Below, piece after piece: positions 1-9,656 of a DNA stretch of 64,000 nt. Made by a program: the position numbers and the translations under genes. Origin of the DNA: Patescibacteria group bacterium (GTDB lineage Bacteria; Patescibacteriota; UBA1384; UBA12157; JAENIV01); the NCBI GenBank assembly GCA_041666185.1, contig JBAYHL010000002.1:1834-65833 (forward strand), in the 5' to 3' direction. The notes below the pieces were generated by a model. It saw only the letters and a list, made by a program, of their open reading frames with translations. It was not told the DNA's origin and ran no database searches. Within the stretch, counting starts at the first letter, position 1; every line of letters begins with the position of its first letter.

Positions 1-170
1 AGCCTCGTCTTATTGCCGAAAAGATTCTTGAAAATCTTAAGAAATCACCGCAAAATAAATATCGTCGTAACCTTGTCGGCTTAGCTAAAACTCGTTACAA
101 TTGGACAGTCGAAGGGAAAAAATTAGAATTGTTCTATCGCGATTTGGAAGAGATGAAAAATGTCAGTTAA
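1..170 (+). CDS. 3' end of an upstream gene (partial, unknown product)
   Basis: Open frame from the window edge (frame 3) ends at TAA 168-170 and overlaps the next start at 160. Only 56 codons are visible, so no family call is made. Confidence 0.3.
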   Translation, partial: PRLIAEKILENLKKSPQNKYRRNLVGLAKTRYNWTVEGKKLELFYRDLEEMKNVS

Positions 171-1095
171 ATTAAAAAAAATACTCTCATTTTTACTTTT
201 TTTATTAATTGTTTTATTGATTGTTTTTTATGTTAAGGACAATCTGTCTGAATTTCGTAATATTAAAGTTGCCTCTTGGTGGTCGTTAGTAGGTCTTGTA
301 ATTTTTACAGGTCTTACTTTTTTAATTCAGGGTTGGTTTTTAAAAGTTGCTGTTTTACCATACAAGGTTAATTTGAGCTTTAATGAATGGTTTGGCTTAG
401 TGGCAGTAACAATGCTTGGTAATTATATTTTTCCGTTTAGCGGTTGGGGTGTCAGAGCAATATATTTAAAAAATAAACATTCTCTTTCTTATAGCCAGTT
501 TATTGCAACAACAGTGGCTAATTGGATAACTAATTTCTTGGTTTTTACTTTGGGCGGACTTTTAGGTGTAGGAGTAATTTATTATTTATTCCACAAATTT
601 GAGACTAAATTATTTATTTTTTTATTTTTAGTTTTAGCTTTTTCATGTGTTGCTTTTATCCCAATAAAACAATTGAAGCATCGTAATAAATTTATTAAAA
701 AAATTCTAAATCTTTTTAAGATATGGCAAGAATATATAACTCATAAGCAAATTTTGCAACAACTTATTGTTATTACTTTTTGGCAATTTTTGGCGACGGT
801 TCTTTCGTTTTATTATGCTTATCGTTTTTTTGGATTTGGCGTATCTGTTTGGGAAAGCTTCTTGCCAGCAACCTTTTCAATTTATGCCTTATTTATCAGA
901 TTAGTCCCCGCTAATTTAGGATTATATGAATTAGCAGTTATTTATCCTTCAAGGATATTTGGCTTAAATATTGCCGACGGATTGCTTGTTTCGGCAATTA
1001 CGCGTTTGGCGGTGATTTTTTGGACATTTGTCTTAGGGCTAATTTTTAGTTATATTTTGATTAAGCCGTTTTCAAAAACAAAAGGAGCAAAATAA
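160..1095 (+). CDS. Polytopic membrane protein, flippase-like / UPF0104 (LPG-synthase TM-domain-like) family
   Basis: 311 aa with about 8 predicted TM helices. Sits directly upstream of wecB, where UPF0104-type proteins commonly lie in glycan loci. Family assignment is by recall of overall pattern only. Confidence 0.4.
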   Translation: MSVKLKKILSFLLFLLIVLLIVFYVKDNLSEFRNIKVASWWSLVGLVIFTGLTFLIQGWFLKVAVLPYKVNLSFNEWFGLVAVTMLGNYIFPFSGWGVRAIYLKNKHSLSYSQFIATTVANWITNFLVFTLGGLLGVGVIYYLFHKFETKLFIFLFLVLAFSCVAFIPIKQLKHRNKFIKKILNLFKIWQEYITHKQILQQLIVITFWQFLATVLSFYYAYRFFGFGVSVWESFLPATFSIYALFIRLVPANLGLYELAVIYPSRIFGLNIADGLLVSAITRLAVIFWTFVLGLIFSYILIKPFSKTKGAK

Positions 1096-2169
1096 ATGAA
1101 AAAAATTATCACAATTATTGGAGCAAGGCCTCAATTTATTAAAACACCCCTTGTCTCAGAAGAAATTAGAAAATTTGCTAAAGAAATTATTATTCATACT
1201 GGGCAACATTATGACACGGCCATGTCAGATATTTTTTTTCGTGAACTTTCTATTCCCAAAGCCGATTATAATTTAGGTGTTGGCTCAGCGACACAAGGTA
1301 AGCAAACGGGGGAAATGCTTGAAAAAATTGAAAGTATTTTACTTAAAGAAAAGCCGGATTTAGTGGTTATATATGGTGACACTAACTCAACGGTGGCAGG
1401 CGCTCTTGCGGCGGTGAAATTGCATATTCCAATTGCTCATATTGAGGCAGGCATGCGATCTTATAACAGGCAAATGCCAGAAGAAATAAATCGTATTGTT
1501 TCTGATCATATCAGTGCTTTACTTTTTGCGCCGACAAAATCATCAAAGGTGATTCTTGAAAAAGAGGGTATTACAAAAGGAGTTTATTTTGTTGGTGATG
1601 TAATGTACGACATTCAAAAAAAACTATCAACCAACAAGCAGCAACATACAGTTCTTAAAGGATTAGGCATCGAACCGAAGAAATATGTGTTGGCAACAGT
1701 TCATAGACAAGAAAATACCGATTCGAAAGAAAATTTGGAAAATATTATAAAAGCGTTTGTAGAAATTAACGAACCGATTGTTTTTGCTGTTCATCCACGG
1801 ACAGAAAAATATCTTAAAGAGTACAAATTAGACAGTTTAATTACCAAGAACCCTCATATTAAATTGATTAAACCGGTTGGGTTTTTGGAAATGATGGCTT
1901 TGGAGCAAAATGCCAGATTGGTTTTAACTGATTCTGGTGGAGTACAAAAAGAAGCTTATTTAAATAAAGTGCCATGTATTACCTTAAGAAAAGAAACGGA
2001 ATGGATCGAGACAGCTAAATCTGGTTGGAATCAATTAGCAGGAACGGATGTTAAAAAAATTGTTAAATTAGCTAAAAAGTTTCCAAAACCAAAAAATCAC
2101 CCAAACTTCTTAGGTGATGGTTTTGCTTATAAAAAAATAGTTAAAATAATCAAAAAATTTCTTGGTTAG
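1096..2169 (+). CDS. wecB: UDP-N-acetylglucosamine 2-epimerase (non-hydrolysing)
   Basis: N-terminal GARPQFIK motif, HIEAGMRS...EEINR core and full-length colinearity with WecB/MnaA. RBS AAGGAG precedes the ATG. Confidence 0.9.
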   Translation: MKKIITIIGARPQFIKTPLVSEEIRKFAKEIIIHTGQHYDTAMSDIFFRELSIPKADYNLGVGSATQGKQTGEMLEKIESILLKEKPDLVVIYGDTNSTVAGALAAVKLHIPIAHIEAGMRSYNRQMPEEINRIVSDHISALLFAPTKSSKVILEKEGITKGVYFVGDVMYDIQKKLSTNKQQHTVLKGLGIEPKKYVLATVHRQENTDSKENLENIIKAFVEINEPIVFAVHPRTEKYLKEYKLDSLITKNPHIKLIKPVGFLEMMALEQNARLVLTDSGGVQKEAYLNKVPCITLRKETEWIETAKSGWNQLAGTDVKKIVKLAKKFPKPKNHPNFLGDGFAYKKIVKIIKKFLG

Positions 2170-2918
2170 TATTTGTAATCTTGTAGTTTAATATAGTTGT
2201 ATTGACCTACTCTTACAGGTCCACCAGGGACAATTTTAAGCATAAATTTATCCCTGAGATCTATTACATTAACTTTAATTTTCGGATTATCTATATGTTC
2301 TCGAGCTTTTTTATTAGACGAATCCTCGGCTTGCAGAAAGAATTTTTTAGTTATCTTGTCTTTGCCGGCGACTTGTTCCTCAATCGATTGGTCGATCCAA
2401 ATATTAGTTGTCGGATCTAGCACTTGCCACCGGTCATCAAATTTTATTTCGACAATACCGTGGCCTGGATAGATCGCAAGAGTTCTGTATTCGTACCCTG
2501 ATTTGTCTAATAATATTGCAAGCAAAGCAGCATAATTGCCACATTGTAAAAATTCGCCTCCCCAAAGTAATTCTTTTAGAGAAAGTTCCTTGAGGCCTCT
2601 TTCACCGTAATAAGCTGACATATGAACGAAATTCATGTAAAACAAGGGTTTAAGGATGTCTTCATTGTCAGTGCCGGCCATTTTAATAAAAGTTGACTTG
2701 TATTTACTATAACGTTTATCCAGTTTTTGTAAGACAATCTCGGCACTTTCTTCATTACCATCTAAAATTTCGTTTTTATTAAAAATTTTATAGTATGTTT
2801 TGGATGAATTGGGATCTAAATAAATATAGTTGCGCCAATATAAATAACCAGTAATCGCAACGATTAAAAGTAATAGTATTATATAAAGGATTTTTAATAG
2901 TCCTTTGTGAGGTCTCAT
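2166..2918 (-). CDS. Membrane-anchored transglutaminase-like (Cys-His-Asp) domain protein
   Basis: N-terminal TM anchor. The core LQCGNYAALLAILL...YPGHGIVEI...WQVLDPT matches the transglutaminase-like cysteine peptidase triad arrangement. Confidence 0.5.
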   Translation of the reverse strand: MRPHKGLLKILYIILLLLIVAITGYLYWRNYIYLDPNSSKTYYKIFNKNEILDGNEESAEIVLQKLDKRYSKYKSTFIKMAGTDNEDILKPLFYMNFVHMSAYYGERGLKELSLKELLWGGEFLQCGNYAALLAILLDKSGYEYRTLAIYPGHGIVEIKFDDRWQVLDPTTNIWIDQSIEEQVAGKDKITKKFFLQAEDSSNKKAREHIDNPKIKVNVIDLRDKFMLKIVPGGPVRVGQYNYIKLQDYKY

Positions 2919-2989
2919 ACTTTAATTATATTTCAATTATAAATAATCTACTAATTTTATGTGTTAATTTAGATAATAATAGTTTTCTT

Positions 2990-5239
2990 TTGCTACCCAA
3001 ATGGTATATTAAAAGTATGAATTTTCTAAATGAAAGAAAATCAGTTCTGTATTTATATCTTCCTTTTGTTGTATGGATTGTTCTAGTGGTCCTTATCCGT
3101 AATTTTGTTTCGCCCTTCCAGATTAATCTTATAACTTTAGCTTCTATTTTTATTCCCGGGTTTGCTTTGTCTCGTTTGATAAGGATTAAATTTTTTAATG
3201 ATACTTTTGGGCAAGTAATCTTATGGCTCTCTTTAGGGTTAATTTATAATCTTTTTCTTTGCCTAATAGGTTTATTTATTAATTTACGTCTTTCGGAACT
3301 TACGTGGTTCTACTTGGTAATTTCGGCAATACTTTTTTTGGCGGCGGGAATTGTTGATTTTAAAGACAATCGCATTAAAAAAGTTTTTAGTTGGCAAGTT
3401 TTTAAGTTAGAAAATTTAATTTTTCTATTTTTATTTTTGTTTCTAATTTCAGTTTTATGCATAGTTGATCAATTGGGGGCTAATTTCCTTGGTGATCCTT
3501 TATATCATCTTTCGGCGATGCGTCGGGCGATTGAAAACCAACCGCTTTCAATTGAAAATATTAGTCATGTTAAAGACCAATTTCACCCAACTTATATTTT
3601 TTCTGTTTGGCAAATTTTCTTGAGTTTACTTGCTAAAATTTCTGGAGCAAATATTTTTATGTTCTGGCAAGAGGCTCCTATAGCGTTAACGATAATCTTT
3701 TTTATGGTTTGGTATTGGTTATTACTAAAAATATTTTCCAATAAATTTTTAGCTGTTTTAGGATTATTTTTAGTTACAAATTATTATTTTTGGAACAATG
3801 GCTATATCTTTACTCGCTTGCCTGTACCAGACACCCTGAGTCAGCTTATTATAATGCCTTTAAGCTTTTCTTTGGCTTTAAAGTATATTTTTGATAAAGC
3901 TACTAATTACAAACATTTAATCATTCTTTCATTGGTAGTTTCCTTAATGACACTTGTTCATCAAACTCAATATCTTTATTATCTTTTTGGGATGTGTTCG
4001 TTTGGAGTTTTGTATGCCATTTTTAAATTTAAAGAAGTTGGTTTTAGACAAATTTTCAAAAAGATTGTTTTGGCTACTTTTGCTAATTTAGTGATTGCTA
4101 TCCCGATATTTTTAATTATCCAAGCTAAAGGAAATACTTTAACAAAACATTTAGATGTTTTTACAACTATGAAACCAACTCTTCGTAACGATCGTTTTGA
4201 TGAATTTGATCAATATCTTAAATATGCTTATATTTTCTTACCATTAGTTTTAATTTTTATTAGAAAATATCGCAAATTAATATTCTTGTTGGGAGTTTTC
4301 GTTTTAGGACCAGTTATTCACAATATTCCAGGTTTGACAGATTGGTTTATTGATCATTTAAGTCATGTTTTTATTAAGCGTTTCTATAGTAATTTAGGTT
4401 GGGCGCCAATAATTTGGACTCTATTTTCTGGTTTTGCCATTTTGTTGATAGATAGATTCTTAAACAAAGTTATCTCTGGTCGTAACAATATCAGATATTT
4501 GATTGATTCAACTTTGTCTGTTTCAGCGATTATTATTTTTTATTGTCAATTTAAGTTTGAGGCAGTTGCGAATTTTTATGATAAAGTTTTTTCAAGCTCT
4601 ACTAATCAGTGGTTAAATAATAATTATCTTTGGCTAGTAGCCTTAATGCTTGTTGCCTCTGTCTCTATTTTTATTTTTGAAAATCGTCACTCTAAATTGC
4701 GGGAATTTTTTGAATTTTCAGAACCACGAAACCAAGTGCCGGTCTTAATATTAAGCCTTATTTTAATTTTCTTTTTGTCTTCACCTGCTCAAGGTCATTT
4801 GAGAACATTTACTAAAGCAGAAATAACTAATTGGCATTTTTTTGCTAAAGAAAATGATCCAACGGATTTAATTATCAACACTGATAAGTTTGGTGGGATG
4901 GAAACAATCGAATTTATTAAAAACTATATTCCTGCCAAAGCAGTTTTTGACAGTTCTGACGCTAACTATGTTTTACCAACAATGGTAGATGTTCATATGG
5001 CTTCTTATACTTTTGATCCAAAACCAACAAAAAAATATGCAGAAATTCATTATTTCGATACGCCTAATAAAAAAAGACTGGAATTAATAAAAGATGGTCA
5101 AATTGAATACATTCTTTATCTTTATGGAGACGAAAAAGTCTCGCCATTTGATCAATACCCAGAGTATTTTACAAAAACTTACAATAACAAAGCGGCTATT
5201 TACAAGGTAAATCAGACCATGATTCAATCTGGTATCTAA
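2990..5239 (+). CDS. Large polytopic membrane protein, paralog 1 of 3 (candidate GT-C-fold glycosyltransferase; function not established)
   Basis: 749 aa with at least 10 TM helices plus a C-terminal soluble domain. Shares the motifs GDPLYHL, F(S/P)VW(Q/H), TRLPVPDTLSQ and a C-terminal YK(V) tail with the next two genes. A start at ATG 3017 is also possible. Confidence 0.7.
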   Translation: MLPKWYIKSMNFLNERKSVLYLYLPFVVWIVLVVLIRNFVSPFQINLITLASIFIPGFALSRLIRIKFFNDTFGQVILWLSLGLIYNLFLCLIGLFINLRLSELTWFYLVISAILFLAAGIVDFKDNRIKKVFSWQVFKLENLIFLFLFLFLISVLCIVDQLGANFLGDPLYHLSAMRRAIENQPLSIENISHVKDQFHPTYIFSVWQIFLSLLAKISGANIFMFWQEAPIALTIIFFMVWYWLLLKIFSNKFLAVLGLFLVTNYYFWNNGYIFTRLPVPDTLSQLIIMPLSFSLALKYIFDKATNYKHLIILSLVVSLMTLVHQTQYLYYLFGMCSFGVLYAIFKFKEVGFRQIFKKIVLATFANLVIAIPIFLIIQAKGNTLTKHLDVFTTMKPTLRNDRFDEFDQYLKYAYIFLPLVLIFIRKYRKLIFLLGVFVLGPVIHNIPGLTDWFIDHLSHVFIKRFYSNLGWAPIIWTLFSGFAILLIDRFLNKVISGRNNIRYLIDSTLSVSAIIIFYCQFKFEAVANFYDKVFSSSTNQWLNNNYLWLVALMLVASVSIFIFENRHSKLREFFEFSEPRNQVPVLILSLILIFFLSSPAQGHLRTFTKAEITNWHFFAKENDPTDLIINTDKFGGMETIEFIKNYIPAKAVFDSSDANYVLPTMVDVHMASYTFDPKPTKKYAEIHYFDTPNKKRLELIKDGQIEYILYLYGDEKVSPFDQYPEYFTKTYNNKAAIYKVNQTMIQSGI

Positions 5240-5286
5240 ATTTATCGTAAACTTCCCGGAGAGATAGATTGTGATATATTAAAGAT

Positions 5287-7485
5287 ATGAAAACTCTTAA
5301 GAAAAGAGGAATTTTAGGATTTGCTGTTTGGGCCTTATTTGGCGTACTTCTTTTTTTGTTTTTAAAAATTGTTCCAGAAGTTTCTGCAAATTTTTTTTAT
5401 TTTTCAGTTTTTGCTTTCTTTATTTTATTTTTTCCCGGCTGGTCAATCAGCAAAATTCTAAATTTTACTAATCAAGAATTTGTTGGGCAATGGCTTTTAA
5501 ATTTTGTTCTAAGTCTTTCTTTTTATTTTTTAATTAATTTATTGGCAATCTTTTTAAATATCGATATAAATTCTCTGCTAAAAATTTATTATTGTTTGCT
5601 GCCACTTCTTTGGGGGGTAGCTTTAATAAAGGATCTTTTAAGACCAGTTATGCCAACAGCTAATCATTTTGAAATAAAAAAAATCTTTAAAATTGAAAAT
5701 ATTTTTTACCTTTTACCTTTGGTGGTAGGAGCTTATATTGTTCTAGTTCTTAGGTTAAAAGGACCAGATTTTAATGGTGATCCTTATTTTCATTTGGCAA
5801 TCATTCGTAAAGCTATTGACGGAAGCTTTCTTTCTTCGGCAAACCTTGCTTTTACCAAAACCTCTCTTACAAATCCGGCTTATATTTTTCCGGTTTGGCA
5901 TGTCTTACTAGCTCTTATAAGCAAAGTCTTAGCTTTAGACATCTTAGCTTGTTGGGCAAATATGATTTTAGTCTTATCGGTTATTTCATTTTTTGTTTGG
6001 TATTTGTTAGCAAAAATAATTTTTAAAGAGAAGGCTTGGGCAATTCTAGTGGTTTTGTTAATGATGATTTTTTCATTTTACAGTGGTCCTGGTTATTTCT
6101 TTGCCCGCCTAACTGTGCCTGATACTTTTTCTCAATTTGTACTTTTGCCGCTTGGCCTTGCTCTAACTTTTTCGTATATTTTTTCAAAGGAAAAAAGATG
6201 GCAGGAAGCAATTGTTGTTGTTATAAGCGCTATTTTACTTCTTTTGGTTCATCCACCGCATTATTTTTATCTTTTGTTGACGGTTTTAATGTTAGCGGTT
6301 TTATATTTAATATTTCGTTACAAAGACATTGATTATAAACAAATGGTTCAAAAAATCTTTTGGGTGCTAGGCTTTATTTTGATCCCGTTAATATTGTTAA
6401 TAATATTAATTGAAGTTTCTTTAGGATCTTTCTTTACTATTCTTTCTGAATTTACTCGCGCGCCAATAGTTAATATTTCTTATGATAAATTTAGTAAATT
6501 TCCTCTAACTTACCAATATGGTTACTTTTTATTACCATTTGTGTTTTTGTTTTTAAAAAACAAAAGAATAATTATTATTTTAGCCTTAATGTTGTTAGTC
6601 CCAGTAGTTTATTTCACACCTCTTAGAGATCTTTTCAGTAAGTATTTAAGTATTGTTTTCACTGATCGACTTTTGGCTAATACTTCTTTATATTTTCTTG
6701 TTTTTGCTTTAATAACTGGTTGTGTTTTAAGGTTAATCGATGGGTTTCTTGATCGATTTTCTATGAGGATAAAAAAATATCTTAATTGGACTTTGCTTAT
6801 TTTATTTGGTGCGATAATTATTATTGGTTTAAGTACGGAAGCTGTTTCTAATTTTACTTATGAAATTTTTTACTCTAAAGTGACTCATAGTTTGGTCTCC
6901 CAATACACTTTAGTGATTTTTATTGTGAGCATTGTTGTCGCCCTTTTGTTTTGGGTGTTTGGTAAAGATTCATGGAGTAAAAAAAATCCTTACGAAATTT
7001 CTTCTTACAAAAATAATCTTACAGTTTTTATTTTTATGGCTCTTTTAGTATTTGTTTTAATTAATCCTTCTGTTAAAAACGCTAAAAAGTATTTTTTCAA
7101 TAATTTAGCTTATGAAAATAAAACAAAGAACTTTTTTACTAAAAATTTTCAAAATACAGATGAAGCAATTAATTTTGTAAAGTTTCAGATACCGGCAAAA
7201 TCGGTTTTTCTTTCAGATAATGAGTCGGCAAAAACTTTAGCGGTGATGACGGATCAATATATGGCTTATAATATTGGTTCAGCGTGGGATAAAAAGCTTA
7301 ATTTAATTTTGAGTCCTAATTCTTCCGATTTGGTAAAAGACGAATTAGTTGTTTCGTCTCAATATGCTATTGACTATGTTTTAGTAAAAAATTCTAAAAT
7401 CCAAGATGACGAATATTTTACGAAAAATCCTTTATTTGAAAAAGTATATGATAATAATATCAAGATTTACAAGGTGATTAAGTGA
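5287..7485 (+). CDS. Large polytopic membrane protein, paralog 2 of 3 (candidate GT-C-fold glycosyltransferase; function not established)
   Basis: 732 aa. Carries NGDPYFHL, FPVWHVLLAL, ARLTVPDTFSQ and a C-terminal ...IKIYKVIK. Clear paralogy to the flanking genes. Confidence 0.7.
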   Translation: MKTLKKRGILGFAVWALFGVLLFLFLKIVPEVSANFFYFSVFAFFILFFPGWSISKILNFTNQEFVGQWLLNFVLSLSFYFLINLLAIFLNIDINSLLKIYYCLLPLLWGVALIKDLLRPVMPTANHFEIKKIFKIENIFYLLPLVVGAYIVLVLRLKGPDFNGDPYFHLAIIRKAIDGSFLSSANLAFTKTSLTNPAYIFPVWHVLLALISKVLALDILACWANMILVLSVISFFVWYLLAKIIFKEKAWAILVVLLMMIFSFYSGPGYFFARLTVPDTFSQFVLLPLGLALTFSYIFSKEKRWQEAIVVVISAILLLLVHPPHYFYLLLTVLMLAVLYLIFRYKDIDYKQMVQKIFWVLGFILIPLILLIILIEVSLGSFFTILSEFTRAPIVNISYDKFSKFPLTYQYGYFLLPFVFLFLKNKRIIIILALMLLVPVVYFTPLRDLFSKYLSIVFTDRLLANTSLYFLVFALITGCVLRLIDGFLDRFSMRIKKYLNWTLLILFGAIIIIGLSTEAVSNFTYEIFYSKVTHSLVSQYTLVIFIVSIVVALLFWVFGKDSWSKKNPYEISSYKNNLTVFIFMALLVFVLINPSVKNAKKYFFNNLAYENKTKNFFTKNFQNTDEAINFVKFQIPAKSVFLSDNESAKTLAVMTDQYMAYNIGSAWDKKLNLILSPNSSDLVKDELVVSSQYAIDYVLVKNSKIQDDEYFTKNPLFEKVYDNNIKIYKVIK

Positions 7486-9656
7486 AAATAAAAGCCTATA
7501 TTTTTTATATTGTAATAATTTTATGGCTTCTTTTATTGAAGGTGCTACTTTCTTTAAGCTCTTTTGGCTCAACTGGTTTAGGAGTAACTCTTTCTTTTTT
7601 GACAATTATTTTTTTGCCAGGATTTTTACTTTATCGTTTATTAAAAGTTCAAAGCCAACTGGCTAAATATCTTTATATAATTGGTTTCGGTTTCGGTTTT
7701 TATTTTTTAATCAATTTTTTTGCTTTAGTTTTGAATTTAACCATCTCTCAAATTGGTTTTGTAAATCTTTTTCTGGTTAGTTTACTTTTCTTAATTTCTT
7801 TTATCAAAGATTGGCAAGAAATTTGGGAAATTGATTTTTCTTATTTTAAAGAAAAAGATCCTGCCAAGTGGGTGGTAAGATTTTTTGTTCTAATCGCTCT
7901 TATTTTGGCTTTCTTAGGTCTAGATGCCCAATCTGACAGGCTTATTGGTGATGGTTGGTTCCATTTAGCTCTTTTGCAAAAGATTGTTTCTGGGGGAGGC
8001 TTAAGTCCTTATAACCTATGGGTTGTTAAATCAGAAGTTTTAAATCCAGTTTATTCTTTTCCGGTTTGGCATATTTTCATTGGTCAATTTTCTAACATTT
8101 TAGGAATCCCTATTTTTACTGCTTTAAAACAATCACTACTTCCTTTATTTATTATTAGTATGATTGTTTGGTTTAGTCTTATTTCCTTAATTTTTAAAAA
8201 TTATTGGATTACCACTGTTTGTTTTTTGTCGTTAATTTTAATCTTTTTAAAAGATAATATTTTTTATTATTTAGTTGCTTTACCTTCGCCGGATAGCTTT
8301 AATCGGCTTTTACTTTTGCCATTAATTTTAGGTTTAACGGTTAACTATCTTTTTGAAAAAACACCAAAGATTTTAAACATTACCTTAATTTCTCTTTTAG
8401 TGATATTTTTGGGATTAATCCATTTTACTCAAGTTATTTATCTTGTTGTGATCTGGGTTGTTCTAGGTTTAGTTCTACTTATCTTTTTTGTTAAAGAGCC
8501 ACTTAAAAGACTCGGTTTGCTTATGGGGGGACTGGCGATTTTAATACTTCCTTATTTATTAATTTTCCAAAGGGGGATCTTTAGTAGTTTTCTTATGGCA
8601 AATGCAGCAGCTTTTACTGGTGATAAAGTAAATTTTAAAACTTATCTTGGGGCAAATATTATTTATCGGTATGCTATTTTAAGCCTACCGGTTATTGTTT
8701 TGTTTTTAAAAAAACAATTAAGATTAGGCTTACTTTTTTCGATTGCCGTTGGCATGCTTTTAATCTATTGGCCTTATTTAGGTTTAAGACCTTTATTTTT
8801 AAAATATTTTGGCGCCATATTTGTTGATCGTTCTTTAGCAATTATTCCGCACTTTATTTATTTTGGTTTTCTTTTATTTTTCATTATCTTGGGAATAAAT
8901 TATTTACTTGTTTTTGTTTTGAGGAAAATACACCAAAAAGCTATATGGTTTGCAAATATTATTTTGGTAATTTTCACTCTTTTAGCAGTCTTTGGTTTGC
9001 CAGCAAATTTTGTTGATAAAAATATTTTTTCAGAAACAAATATTTTATTTATTGATTACTTTTGGTTGATTTTTGCTTTGATTATTTTATTAGTTTTGGT
9101 TATCTATATCATGTATCGGAAAAAGGAATTTATTTTACCAAAGCCTAAGGAAAATCTTAATTTTGCATTATTAATTATTCTATTTTTTGTGTTTCTTTCG
9201 ACTCCTTATTTTGTGCCTTTCAAAGAGACTCTGACTAAAAATCCAAATGGTAGCATTGTTTCAAATCGTTTAACAAATAATGCTTCCGATATTACTTATT
9301 TTGGTGGTCAAAAAACAATTGATTTTTGGCAATCAAAATCAAAAGAAGTTTTTCTAACGGATGCAGTTACACTTGCTCAGATGATTTTATTGTATTCCGA
9401 TAATTATGCAGCTGAGTACCCTTATTCAATTAAAGAATTTAGCCAAAGTAACAAATTTTATGATGAGAGCTTAAGTTTGGACGAAAGATTAGAAATTTTA
9501 GACAGTCTTCAGGTCAACTATATAATTGTAAGACACGCAGAAGACACCCCGTTTTATGAGAATAACTCTAATTATTTTGAGAAAGTTTTTGAAAATACCT
9601 ATGAGTACAAAGGTGGCGAAAAAGAGCTTATTGTTTTCAAGTATTTAAATAGGTAA
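7482..9656 (+). CDS. Large polytopic membrane protein, paralog 3 of 3 (candidate GT-C-fold glycosyltransferase; function not established)
   Basis: 724 aa. Carries GDGWFHL, FPVWHIFIG, ALPSPDSFNR and a C-terminal ...LIVFKYLNR. GTG start overlaps the stop of paralog 2. Confidence 0.7.
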   Translation: MKIKAYIFYIVIILWLLLLKVLLSLSSFGSTGLGVTLSFLTIIFLPGFLLYRLLKVQSQLAKYLYIIGFGFGFYFLINFFALVLNLTISQIGFVNLFLVSLLFLISFIKDWQEIWEIDFSYFKEKDPAKWVVRFFVLIALILAFLGLDAQSDRLIGDGWFHLALLQKIVSGGGLSPYNLWVVKSEVLNPVYSFPVWHIFIGQFSNILGIPIFTALKQSLLPLFIISMIVWFSLISLIFKNYWITTVCFLSLILIFLKDNIFYYLVALPSPDSFNRLLLLPLILGLTVNYLFEKTPKILNITLISLLVIFLGLIHFTQVIYLVVIWVVLGLVLLIFFVKEPLKRLGLLMGGLAILILPYLLIFQRGIFSSFLMANAAAFTGDKVNFKTYLGANIIYRYAILSLPVIVLFLKKQLRLGLLFSIAVGMLLIYWPYLGLRPLFLKYFGAIFVDRSLAIIPHFIYFGFLLFFIILGINYLLVFVLRKIHQKAIWFANIILVIFTLLAVFGLPANFVDKNIFSETNILFIDYFWLIFALIILLVLVIYIMYRKKEFILPKPKENLNFALLIILFFVFLSTPYFVPFKETLTKNPNGSIVSNRLTNNASDITYFGGQKTIDFWQSKSKEVFLTDAVTLAQMILLYSDNYAAEYPYSIKEFSQSNKFYDESLSLDERLEILDSLQVNYIIVRHAEDTPFYENNSNYFEKVFENTYEYKGGEKELIVFKYLNR

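Noticed and set aside
2202-2593. Plus-strand ORFs 2202-2420 and 2408-2593 from the six-frame track
   Set aside because: They lie antisense inside the 250-aa transglutaminase-like gene, are low complexity and have no RBS; shadow ORFs.
6023-6211. Minus-strand 62-aa ORF inside membrane paralog 2
   Set aside because: Antisense to a well-supported long gene; spurious.
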